Assembly: GCA_040437565.1 (NCBI GenBank)
Contig: JBDOQK010000015.1
Location: forward strand, 186,001 to 250,000
DNA length: 64,000 nucleotides
Source: Albugo candida
Lineage: Eukaryota
Direction: 5' to 3'
Below, in pieces: positions 9,552 to 20,830 of the stretch (position 1 is the first letter of the stretch; each line of letters begins with the position of its first letter). The notes under the pieces were generated by a model. It made no database searches. It was not told the origin of the DNA and saw only the letters and a program-made list of their open reading frames with translations. The translations under genes and the position numbers were made by a program.

Positions 9552-12287
9552 CTAGGTATCCTGAAGTTGGGCTTTATGGGATTCAAAAGCTTGATTTAGC
9601 ACCATGAACAGCTCCTGGGCTTCAACTTGCTGCGCGATCGAGACATCACGCAGTTTGTCCGGATGAATAATTCGGATGATATTTCTACATGAAGAGCAAT
9701 CACTCACAAAGAAATGACATGTCCTGTGGTTGATAAGGGTAACAAACCTGTACGCTTTTTTCAAGGTATCATTCTCTGGCGAATGAGCGACCATTATCTG
9801 GTTTTCTCTCAGCGATTCCAGGGAAGAGATCTGATCAATTGTAAGAATCAATTGTATTAATCCTTTGCCATACGCCCATTTTTCAACGTGTCGATGCGTA
9901 TCGCCGCGAATAGCGTCAGCCTCCTGCGCTTCTTTCTTTTTCAACAGCTCCATCTCATGACGCTCACGAAGACGTGCTTGCTGGCGAATATGAAGTTCCG
10001 AATCTATTCCGCTGGATTGAGCGGCGTCAAAAGAGCCTGATCTAGCATCTTCCGCTGCAGTAACGGCGGACGCATTTTCAAAATTGTGATTGAACGTATT
10101 TCGATTTCGGCGGGTATCTTCGTCCTGAACATTGGCTTCCCTCTGTCCGAATGGCTTAAAATAGGTAGAATGTTGGTGTTGTGCCTGGAATTGCTGCTTA
10201 ACCTGTGAAAATCGGGTAGATTTCATGCTTGCGGGTCTTCGTCTACTCGTGCGCCTTTGTTGCTGCTTCTTCTTTCGTTCTCGTTCCTCTTGCGCAAGCT
10301 GTTCCCATTCTTTATCGTATTCTTCCTTTTGGCGGCTTTCAGCGGTAACTTTTTCTTCCTCTTTGCGGATATTCTCCTGATGCTTACGTGCACGTTTCTC
10401 CATGTATTTATTCATCCTGCTCTTACCCCTTTTTTCATGCGGAGAATCACGTCGAGAATCCTGGACCGATTCAGCGCCTTCATCTTCATCGCTTGAAGAA
10501 TTGGAATTTTCGGACACTTTACTATCCTTACTAAGAATCGCCGATTTTGAGCGTGATTTTAAAATATCGTCTGGATTTGGCGAACGATCTTGGTCGTTGC
10601 TCTCATCACTGGAACTGACTCCTCGTGAAACCTTGCTGATGTGAGACGCATGAACGCCATTCAACGATGGAGAGGATGGAGATGATGACAACGATGATTC
10701 CGCACGAGGCTTGATTTTCTCAAATAAGTGTCTCTGTTCGTCAGTCGGCGGTGGAGGAGGAGGAGGAGATGGTGGTGCTTCTTGATCCTCCGTTGCACAA
10801 TCTCTGGCACCAGAAAGGGAATGTGAAGACAAACGGTCATCACTGTCACTTCCAAACATGCTATCACTGGATTCGTCCTCTTTGCTCATCGTACTTAGTG
10901 GAATATGAAGTTTCGGGCGACGCGCAAGGTGTTCAAACTCGCTTCGAGCTGACGGCAAATTGGAGGATGAGGTCTCAAAAGAGGTAGCATTTTTAAAGGT
11001 TTTGTGTGTGCTGTTTTGTGGGGAGACATTTTTCTTGAATCGAAATGAGATTTTGTCGAAAAAATTGATGGAAGAACCTTTGCTTGGATGCCTTCTATAA
11101 GTATCCTCATGAATGTTTTTCTGTTGATCGTCGATTCCAGACTCGTTGGAAGCTACATGATTCTCGTTGTTCACTGATCGTTGCTCGGGATCTCGCGGGT
11201 GAGTACATCTTGGTAATTTGACTTCAAGGTTTTGGTCGAAATCAGAAGTATCCTGTTTATATATCGAATCCAGTTTCCTCTCCATAATCTCAATCATCTT
11301 TTGGCTCTCTTCAAGTTGGTGGTTATATCGAATATTCAAAGCTTCTGCGCGTTCACAGCGCAGCAAAAGATCCTGATACTCTTTTTTTTCTCTGGAATTC
11401 ATATTCAGAACTTTTGTTTTACGTTCTTGCTTCAGATTTGTAATTTGCATTCGCAGAGATTTAATTTTTTCGTCGTAAATTCTAGTTGATTGTACGAGCT
11501 TTGAATGCCAATCTTCCCGTTTCATAAGTTGTCTCGAGACCTCATCTTCCAAACATTTTACTTCCTTTTTGGCATTTTGTATCACATCTTCCTTTTTCTT
11601 TTCCATAACTGCAATTGTAGTATCACGTTCCTTGATGAGAGCTTCAATTTTCTCACTCGCCTTGATTAATTGTCTGTTCCTTTTTTCCACTGTCTTTTGA
11701 CAGTCCTTTAGACCCGTTTGTGCCTCGGCATTCGATTTTTCCGAACTTGCGAGTCGCATTTCAAGGTGCTGAATAGATTTGAATGCATCACCCAACTCTT
11801 TTTTCAATTTTTCAAGCTCGACTCTCTTCTGTACATGTCTTTCTTTCGCCTTCACTCTAAGAGCTTCCAATGAGTCGTTTTCATCATCAATTTCGAATAA
11901 ACCTCTCCTTCCAGCAGCCAAAAGGCTCTCATGATCGAAACGCTCGTCATTGGCGCTACTACGTGATATATCGGGATACTTATTCGGTAATGTATGCCTT
12001 CTAGATGAGTCAGTGGTCATGGAACTTGTGTTTTTTCTGCTTTTGCGACCAAATACGCGCTGTATCGCATGCATCTTGCTGGATGAAGAGCTTCTTGTCG
12101 TATCTGTCTTTTGCTGCTGATCCTTTTTCTCTTTCTGAATTTGCACAGTCATTGCAGAATCCGATCCCGAAGATGATGAAGAAAATAAGCTGCCTCGTTG
12201 CGTGGCGAACGCTTTGGACGCGCGCTTTCTCGCATCCAGATCAGAAATTGCGACTACATAAGATGCATGAGAACAAGAAAAGATCAA
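9552..12287 (-). CDS. Coiled-coil/low-complexity protein with C-terminal auxilin-like J domain
   Basis: C-terminal LKKAYR [intron] NIIRIIHPDKL...AQELFMVLNQAFE. The true start codon is uncertain. Confidence 0.7.
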   Translation of the reverse strand: MIFSCSHASYVVAISDLDARKRASKAFATQRGSLFSSSSSGSDSAMTVQIQKEKKDQQQKTDTTRSSSSSKMHAIQRVFGRKSRKNTSSMTTDSSRRHTLPNKYPDISRSSANDERFDHESLLAAGRRGLFEIDDENDSLEALRVKAKERHVQKRVELEKLKKELGDAFKSIQHLEMRLASSEKSNAEAQTGLKDCQKTVEKRNRQLIKASEKIEALIKERDTTIAVMEKKKEDVIQNAKKEVKCLEDEVSRQLMKREDWHSKLVQSTRIYDEKIKSLRMQITNLKQERKTKVLNMNSREKKEYQDLLLRCERAEALNIRYNHQLEESQKMIEIMERKLDSIYKQDTSDFDQNLEVKLPRCTHPRDPEQRSVNNENHVASNESGIDDQQKNIHEDTYRRHPSKGSSINFFDKISFRFKKNVSPQNSTHKTFKNATSFETSSSNLPSARSEFEHLARRPKLHIPLSTMSKEDESSDSMFGSDSDDRLSSHSLSGARDCATEDQEAPPSPPPPPPPTDEQRHLFEKIKPRAESSLSSSPSSPSLNGVHASHISKVSRGVSSSDESNDQDRSPNPDDILKSRSKSAILSKDSKVSENSNSSSDEDEGAESVQDSRRDSPHEKRGKSRMNKYMEKRARKHQENIRKEEEKVTAESRQKEEYDKEWEQLAQEERERKKKQQQRRTSRRRPASMKSTRFSQVKQQFQAQHQHSTYFKPFGQREANVQDEDTRRNRNTFNHNFENASAVTAAEDARSGSFDAAQSSGIDSELHIRQQARLRERHEMELLKKKEAQEADAIRGDTHRHVEKWAYGKGLIQLILTIDQISSLESLRENQIMVAHSPENDTLKKAYRFVTLINHRTCHFFVSDCSSCRNIIRIIHPDKLRDVSIAQQVEAQELFMVLNQAFESHKAQLQDT

Positions 12288-12436
12288 CCATTATACTTTC
12301 ATGTCCACCTGTTTTGTTCCGCACTCTCTTGCTGTTTAAATGTGCTTCTCGCATGATGTCGAAGAATTATCCGCGGCAAAGGATAATTCTCAGACTCCAA
12401 GTTATCAGAGCGGGAATCAGATTCTGATCAGTCTTG

Positions 12437-13264
12437 ATGAAATGCATCGTCCAAAAAACATCTCGCAACTTGAGCTTCTTTTCTACTAGTCAGAGCCTCC
12501 ATTGGCTTCAAAGGAGGCATCACAATGCCTTTGCTACCCTACAATCTCCTACACCTAACAAGCGGCCTTGTGTCGCTTATCATTTGGGCTTAGTCGACTA
12601 TGAAACAGCCTGGAGATGGCAAAAGCAGCTTATTGGGGACCGTGTACAACGCATGAAAGAATGTGAAAGTGCCATGGAGTTTCCTGATGCGATTTTAATT
12701 CTACAGCATCCCGGTGTATATACTCTAGGACGCAGAGCTAGTATGGCGAATGTTAAATTTGACTCAAACGCGAAGGAATCTTTCAAGCTCATCCGAGTTG
12801 ATCGTGGTGGGGAAGTTACTTATCACGGACCAGGCCAGGTTGTCGTATACCCAATACTCGACCTCAATCATCACCGAAAGGATCTTCACTGGTATCTACG
12901 TCGAATAGAAGAAGTGGTCATTGCAGTCCTCGCCAAGTTTGGTATCAGAGGACATCGCCAGACAGGGCTCACTGGTGTTTGGGTTCAAGATCCTCAGACC
13001 AAAGATATAAAAAAAATCGCGGCAATAGGAACACACGCGACAAAATGGATCACAATGCATGGATTCGCGATTAATGTGACGACTGATTTGACTTCATTTC
13101 ATCATATAGTACCATGCGGCATCGAGAACTATGGCGTGATCAATATGGCAAACTTTGATCATAAGATCGAGAGTCGTCAAGTTGAGACTGCAATTGTGTC
13201 CACCATTGAGGATATTTTTGCCCTGAAAATTACTTCTCTTCATCAGGAATCACCTTTTCTGTAG
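12437..13264 (+). CDS. LIPB: Octanoyltransferase (lipoate-protein ligase B), mitochondrial
   Basis: LQHPGVYTLGRR, DRGGEVTYHGPGQVVVYPI, KIAAIG, HGFAINV, IVPCGI; presequence-like N-terminus. Confidence 0.95.
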   Translation: MKCIVQKTSRNLSFFSTSQSLHWLQRRHHNAFATLQSPTPNKRPCVAYHLGLVDYETAWRWQKQLIGDRVQRMKECESAMEFPDAILILQHPGVYTLGRRASMANVKFDSNAKESFKLIRVDRGGEVTYHGPGQVVVYPILDLNHHRKDLHWYLRRIEEVVIAVLAKFGIRGHRQTGLTGVWVQDPQTKDIKKIAAIGTHATKWITMHGFAINVTTDLTSFHHIVPCGIENYGVINMANFDHKIESRQVETAIVSTIEDIFALKITSLHQESPFL

Positions 13265-13310
13265 TTTTGACACTGCTCACCTTTTGCACAAACAATATCA
13301 AAAATTTTCA

Positions 13311-14726
13311 TCATTGTGTAACTTTCGAACACTGTATTTCTTGATGAGTAAGGTGCTGCTTTGTCACTGTGATAATCTCATCGACTGTCGCAAGACCTCC
13401 GTTACCTACAGATACAAAGATTGACGGATCCACGACATTTTTCAACTTCATGCACTTGCCGACTACGCCACATGCGAGCTTTTTTCGGACAGGTGGTATC
13501 AGCACATAGTGAAGCTCCTCGGTCAACACTCGGAGATGTTGAGATGTGAAAGGATGATCCCACATGTCAGTGTTCATGGCCGGAGCTATTACAAATGGCT
13601 TAGTCGCAGGCCAGGCGCGGGTGATGCAGGTCTACGCATGAAACATGAATTGGAAGACAGACATATCACATGACTAAATCATTTGTGGCACACCAACAGA
13701 TTGTCTGCCAGACCATGAGCAACTTTTGCAAGAGTATTTGCAGATAAAGGAGCCAGTAAAATGAGATCTGCCCAGTCTTTGAGCTATACACAGACCACTG
13801 AGGAAGCTGGGGAAGACATCAATGTACATATGTGTCCTTACCTGGATATGCAAAACTGGATGACCCACTTCGGTCCATGATTCCCACTCATCTTGGTCTT
13901 GATAAATAGTAATTGCAGGTTTATCAGTCAACAAGTCTGCTGAGAACTTTGTCAACTCGAGAAGATGCATCCAGCTCGAAGGATTGTAATTTTTTGCACG
14001 CTGGAAGAAAAATTTGGCGGACTTGGTGAGTACTATTGTGACCTACAGAGATAATAATAACTGGAAATTCATGTCTTGTCGCTATGCGAAAACATAGTTT
14101 CATACATCAGCAAATCCGTATAGACGAACTACAATTTCTGGAATTTTGACTGTCGCTACGCTGCCACTTGCACCGAGTAATATACGTGGACGACGTGAGG
14201 CGGTCACCGGTCGGACTATCGGGTCTGTGGATTTCAAATCAGGGTTTCCGCCAGGATTATCGGAATCACCGAGCTTTCTTCGAAACAAGTAACGACTAAG
14301 CCATCCATTGGATGCTTTGAACCCGTGCAGCGCTTTTAATGTCTGCTCAGGTAAATCGTTTTTCAATTCTTCCACAAGCAGATTCCTCACTTCGATTGCT
14401 CTTGTCTTCAGCATTTCACCTGTCAGCTTGATTCCTGGGCATGCTTCTTCCACTTGCATATGCCAATCACTCATTCTATCATCGATAATCGATAAATGAC
14501 TGTGTTGTCGCAGCACTTTAAGTGATTTCTTTTTCGTTGTGGCCTCTCGCCGGATGACTTCTTTTTCTTTCATGATTCTCGTAACAGCTGCTCGAGATAA
14601 ATTGAATCGCGTCGAAGCTGTGGAATGCGTATTTTTGTCCTCAACGAAATTGATGATTTCGAGCTTCTCTGCAATCGATTTTCGCACTCGTTTTGATGCA
14701 TTCGCCTGCGCAGAATCTTTTCCCAT
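13311..14726 (-). CDS. PPCDC: Phosphopantothenoylcysteine decarboxylase (HAL3/CoaC flavoprotein) with N-terminal CENP-B/Tc5-type HTH domains, multi-exon
   Basis: [43 protein letters not shown] and KLACG. The N-terminus has SIAEKLEII...[11 protein letters not shown] in the same exon. Confidence 0.88.
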
Positions 14727-15742
14727 GACGGATTTGTAATCATTTCGACCAATCTCTATGCAGGCGAACGATCGAATAAATGGGCATGAAAACGCCGCAA
14801 CAATGAACGTCAGGCAAACAGAANNNNNNNNNNNNNNNNNNNNNNNNNNNNNNNNNNNNNNNNNNNNNNNNNNNNNNNNNNNNNNNNNNNNNNNNNNNNN
14901 NNNNNNNNNNNNNNNNNNNNNNNTTCCACTTGCATATGCCAATCACTCATTCTATCATCGATAATCGATAAATGACTGTGTTGTCGCAGCACTTTAAGTG
15001 ATTTCTTTTTCGTTGTGGCCTCTCGCCGGATGACTTCTTTTTCTTTCATGATTCTCGTAACAGCTGCTCGAGATAAATTGAATCGCGTCGAAGCTGTGGA
15101 ATGCGTATTTTTGTCCTCAACGAAATTGATGATTTCGAGCTTCTCTGCAATCGATTTTCGCACTCGTTTTGATGCATTCGCCTGCGCAGAATCTTTTCCC
15201 ATGACGGATTTGTAATCATTTCGACCAATCTCTATGCAGGCGAACGATCGAATAAATGGGCATGAAAACGCCGCAACAATGAACGTCAGGCAAACAGAAT
15301 GTACCCTTTTCAGCAATTACAGGGCTAGCATATAGAGCTCTACTGCAAAAACACTAGAGCTTTCAAACAAAGATATTTGGAGTATGTGATATCCGAACTA
15401 AGAGGGGAATACTGTGTCGGACTCGCTGCACAGTGCGTGACTAATTGCATGCAAATCACTATTGCTAGGACCGAGATGTTAAACAATAATATATTGATCA
15501 ATGAACAAGAATTTGTGCTGCAAAGTATAACATTGTATAATTTGACATGCTTGATGAATCCCAGAGTCAGCTGACTGCTAGCTAGTATAAAATAGTCTAT
15601 TTCGTGATGTGTGATTATAATGGACCACCTGATGTGAAGGTGTGCTATTTTATCCAAAAGTCGCAAAAAGGATCCACTTTCGCCACACAGCCATCCGTTA
15701 ATGATAGGAAATGGATCTATCCATTCATAATACTTTGATTGC

Positions 15743-18261
15743 TTGCTGACACAGTTATGCACAATAGACGAGACAAAAAAGCCGAGCATCAAAGAGTTCC
15801 GTCTTGGTGCTCAAATTGGCGTGGGAAACTTCTCAAGGATTTTTGTTGCAACTCATAAAGTTACAAAGGAGAAATATGCCCTGAAAGTAATCGACAAGTC
15901 TCGAGTTCGACGTTTGCAAGTTCGACATCATAACATATATAATGAAATTAAATTGGAAAAGCAAGTGCTCAATAGGTTGCGCCATCCTAATATAATTCGT
16001 TTGTATCATACCTTTCAAGTAAGCATTCTCCGTCCTTGATGGTATATATACGTCTGATTTTCGTTCTTGGTCTAGGACGAACGAAGTCTTTACTTTCTGT
16101 TGGAGTTATTGGAAGGTGGTGAGCTACTTGCAAAGCTTTTCAATGAGAAAACTCAGGTCGGCGTCGATGAGGAGCTCGCGCGGTTTTATTTTGCAGATAT
16201 GATCAATGCTTTGGAATATATGCACGCAAATAAAGTTATACATCGGTACGCATGCAGCTTGTCGGCTCCTTGTATCTATATGATTGTGACACCAAACAAA
16301 GTGACTTGAAACCAGAAAATATGATCATCGATCTGAAACAAAATGGTCACCTTTGTTTGATTGATTTCGGCACGGCAAAAGATTTAGATGACACGTCCTT
16401 AAACGGACCTAATTTCGTGGGTACTCCAGGTAAGATAGAACTACTTGGATATGAAGCCTACATTCACTCTCATCATAGAGTACATGTCACCGGAGACAAT
16501 CGATAATAAATCGGTTAGCCACACCACAGATTTGTGGGCTTTAGGCTGTATATTATATCAGCTTTTGACTGGAGAAACTCCTTATGGTGCTGGAAGTGTT
16601 TATCTCACCTTATTGAGGATCAAAGAGGGCACGTTCGATATTCCCAGTTTCATTACAGATGAGCCAAGGGATCTGATCGAAAAGTTATTAACTCGAGATC
16701 CAAATCAACGAATTGGTGCGGGAGATCGAGGAATGGCTGAAATCAAAGGCAACTACGTTACAGTCTCTGGCAGCCGAGTACTTCCAACAATAATCTGTTC
16801 GTAGAGCACCCTTTTTTACGTGGAATTGATTTTGAGAGTCACCAGCGTTCGCCAGCCCCCAAAACGTTGTATCCGAGTCCATATCTCCTCGAAATCATTT
16901 TAGATCTATCTCAAACAGAAAATAAGAGAGGCAAAACGGAAAGAGTCGATATCATTGGGGACATAACGCAAGCGAAAATTTTGTCGATGAGTCAGAACGA
17001 AAAGCACCAGGTGGTCCATCTTCTCAGACGAAAACAGCTTCTACACTTGCCAAGTACAGAAGCCCACTCGCTATCGACTATTGCTTGATGCGTTGTTTCC
17101 TCTCAGGTATATTCCCAAGATTCTTTGAGACACCGCAGCGAGGAAGGTGCATGTATGCTAACAGAAGAGAATACACTGGTTACACGCATCAACTCCAGAA
17201 TACTTTTGACGTGGGCTTTCAGTTTGCTGTGGTAACCAAGAATTCTAAGAGGATTTTGATCTAAAGTTGACGTATTTGTTTTATAGCTCGTTCTACCATG
17301 CCTGTCGAGTGGATGCGATACTGTTGAGAAGTCAATGGATGATGACGCGTGGAATCAACATCTCACTGATCTGCATCGATTAGTTGCTTCTATAAGCCAG
17401 ATGGATGTGGAGATTGTCGTCTTAATTGGTGACTCGGTAGAATCTTTCGTAGATGAGGCTAAAACCTGCACACAGATCGACCAAGTACAGGCTGTATTTG
17501 ATCAGTTTAGACCAGACATCCGCTTGGTATGTCCAGCACATTTTCTATTCGAATTTCCAAAGTTTTATCTCTCTTCAAGGTTTTTGTGCCCGGTCCAATA
17601 AGTAGCAAAAGCACCGAATCCCTGAAAGAGTATCAACAATGTTTCGGTGACGATTACTACACTTTCTGGTTTGCTCTTCAAATCATTGTGCTTTTGTTCA
17701 ATGCTAATAATGTTTATAGGTGCGGTGGTTCAAAATTTATCATTTTGAATTCGTCGATATATTTGTCACAAGAAGCTGAATTGATCGCCGACAAAAGGCA
17801 ACAACAAAGTGTGTAGACTCTATCATGAGAAATGACACCCGTGCTAACTGTAATCTCATCTTCCCAGCCTGGTATCAGAAGGAATTGGAGAATGGGCGGT
17901 TATGTGCTCGTGAAGTGTACGTAGTTTCGTATCACATGATTGCTAGCGCCAAAGAAACGAAAACAGAGGTAGATTGTGTACAATTGTTTGACTTCATCAT
18001 GACAGTTTGGCTTCGTGATAGCACGCTGAAGGAGATTGCAATTCGACTCCGACATCAGATCACGTTCGATTATGGATTAGTACAATAAATGGTCAGAGCA
18101 CGATAGATCCATTTTTTCCTTGCATTAAAATAGGCGACTCGGACACATCTACTTCATCGGAAAGAGTATTGTGTCGAATTTCAACATGTTCCGATGCTAT
18201 CATACATACAATCAGTGTCTCGCATGAGAATACTATCGTCAAAGAGCAGTCAATTGGATGA
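15743..18261 (+). CDS. AGC/PDK1-like Ser/Thr kinase with C-terminal degenerate metallophosphoesterase (CPPED1-like) region, multi-exon; first exon uncertain
   Basis: IGVGNFS, YALKVIDK, HR/DLKPEN, IDFGTAK, FVGTP/EYMSPE and DLWALG. Later exons have VVLIGD, FGDDYYTFW, KFIILNSS and VVSYH. Confidence 0.8.
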
Positions 18262-18908
18262 GAGTATATTTTTGGAGGAAGAGAAGCATGTGCTTGTATC
18301 ACATTACGATAGAAGACACAGCGTATTTTGAATGTTAATACAACTTCGCTACAATGCGAGAAAGCCAAAATACTACAAGTTTGTTCTTGCTCTGAATGGC
18401 GTACTGGTTAGATTGCACTGCTCTTTTCCATTATGTTGACAACGCCCACGCAAAGTACACGTGACGGAAAATCGACGCATCATTATTTGATCGGGAGAGG
18501 TGGGGATCATTCCAATGGCAGGACCAACGTTTACACATCCGGACATGAGATGCCAGAGTCTTAAGCCAGACTCGATATCTTGCAGCTAGATCGGAGGTTG
18601 GTCTTTGTGTCAATATCTACATTGATCTAACGCAACTGCATAGAGAAAATGTCTCTAAAGCCGCAGCATTCAAGAGGGAGCTGTGCGCGAAAGAAGCCCT
18701 TAGTCATCTAAGAGTGGAACTGCCTCGGTATTGCTGAGATCTTGTAGCTTAAGCCGCATATAGGATCTAATCGAAGTGGATATTCAATGTATCGCTTCAC
18801 TCAAAAACTCACTCCGCATTTCGTATATATTTCTTAAAGAGTCAAGATAAATCGGAAAGCGTGAGACCTAGTCGACATAGCACACTGATAAATGACTGGC
18901 TGACAACA

Positions 18909-20534
18909 ATGGATATCAAGAGTAGAGAAGCCAACATCATTTACGATGGCGATACAGTCATTTGCGAAGTGAGCGATGGTCGCATGTTTTTTCAAACGGT
19001 ATCGACAAAAGAGTAAGACGACATAAATTTGGATAATCATAATCATAATCACTGACTTTGCTCGTTTTAAGATGCATTCGAATAAGCAAAACATTGACAT
19101 CATTAGCACCAGTCATTGGTGCTGCGTACGGGTGAATAACATCGATCTGAATCGCGTTTGAAGCATCTGATTGATGATCTTTAGGTCGACGTTTGAGTAT
19201 CAAAACCAGAAACTCGTGAAAGTATCTGGTGGCCTCTTTCCTGATCCAGTGGCACCAGAATTTGGCGAAGCCATCGTACCGATATGCGATAATAGACATT
19301 ATACGGACACTAACTCGGCACAGAAATTATCGTCCGAGTCAATAGCAGAATTACGCTCCCAGGGAGCTACAGGAAAAGAAATCATTGAAGCTTTGGTGGA
19401 AAATAGCGCGACCTGGAACGATAGAACTGAATTTTCAAAGCAAAAATATCTGAAGAAGAAGCAAACAAAATACATGCCACGCGTGCGCGTTCTCAAATGT
19501 ACAGCCGAGTCACTTTGCAAAACGTATCGCATGAAAAATCCCGAGAAAATTCGGTAAGGAAAGTGATCTTGCTGTTGTTCGTCGAAGATTGTTACCATTT
19601 CTTAGTTATATGAGAGAGGATACCCTTGGGCAAATATTGATGTATGCCAACATTTACGCCACATCTCAAGCGCTTGTTCTCGACACTTGCATGGGTCTTG
19701 TCCTGGGAGCGATCGCTGAGCGTCAGGATGGCAATGGACGCATTCTAGCGCCGTACATCGGCCAGAATCCATGTGTGGATATCCTTCGGCGCTTCAATTT
19801 TGGTACTATGTGCGAGGTGTGCTCACTATTGACCCCTTTTTTCAAATCACTCTGTCGTAGACCGCAAATCCTTGGCGTCAATTCACTCCTTTCCATTCGA
19901 AGAATTTGCGCTTTTAGACGAGGTACATTATCAATAAATTATATATATGATAATTCTCACCCTAATGTGATTTGCGCTGGTAGCGTGAAGACGATATCAC
20001 CAAGGCAGAGTTGTCCGAGCCCAAATTGACAGAGGAAGAAAAACGTAAGATGGAGCAAGAACGTATGAAAAAGTATACCGAAGAAGAACGGAAAAAGCAC
20101 GAACTGAAGAAGTTACGCCGCGATCAGAATCGAATAGTTCGACTGCCGCGAGCCGTTATACGAAACTGGCTTCGTGATAAATCTGATCTGCTGATCCTCG
20201 CGTCCGAATACGATCCCGAAAGTACATTCATCACCTTGATGCCGTATCTTGGTGACTCAAGACCGTTTGTCATATACTCAGAGTGCCTTGAGGTACACCA
20301 TCATGGATTCCCCCTTCACGGTCCTCATCTTTTTTTTCGTAGCCTTTAACCAAAGCATTCAGTTCCTTTCAGAAAATGAATTCGTTAATCGATCTCCAAT
20401 TGACAGAGACCTGGACGAGAAGGTATCAAATTTTGCCAGGAAGGAGCCATCCGGAAATGAACATGAGCGGCTGCAGTGGTTATCTGCTTACTGGCACCAA
20501 GATTGCCTGTAACTTGTATAAGGGCAAGAAGTGA
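18909..20534 (+). CDS. TRM6: tRNA m1A58 methyltransferase non-catalytic subunit (Gcd10/TRM6), multi-exon
   Basis: DNRHYTDTNSAQKLS, EIIEALVENSATW..RTEFSKQKYLKKK, MREDTLGQIL and YQILPGRSHPEMNMSG. Confidence 0.9.
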
Positions 20535-20830
20535 GCTTTACAAAACGAAAACTCTATGGTGTATCACAGACTTCTTGAATTGATAATACGTCGCAATAGA
20601 GCAATAGAGATTCTAGTTTACATATAGCTATGTGTTATTATATTAAGCGCTGTCGTCAAGGTACAAGGGTCATCCCAGTGTACGGCGCGGAGCATATTAG
20701 TCAGTGAAGATGAAACACGTGAAGCGGGGTGGCTGAGCTCACAGGTGTCAGGATGAGAATGCTATCATTATGACACGCATTATAACAAGAAGTTTTAAAG
20801 CGAATTACAAAGGTAGTATCATTATAACGA

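Noticed and set aside
14448-15299. 376-bp direct repeat (14448-14823 and 14924-15299) duplicating the HTH-PPCDC first exon
   Set aside because: Apparently identical copies directly flank a 100-N gap, so this is an unmerged contig overlap.
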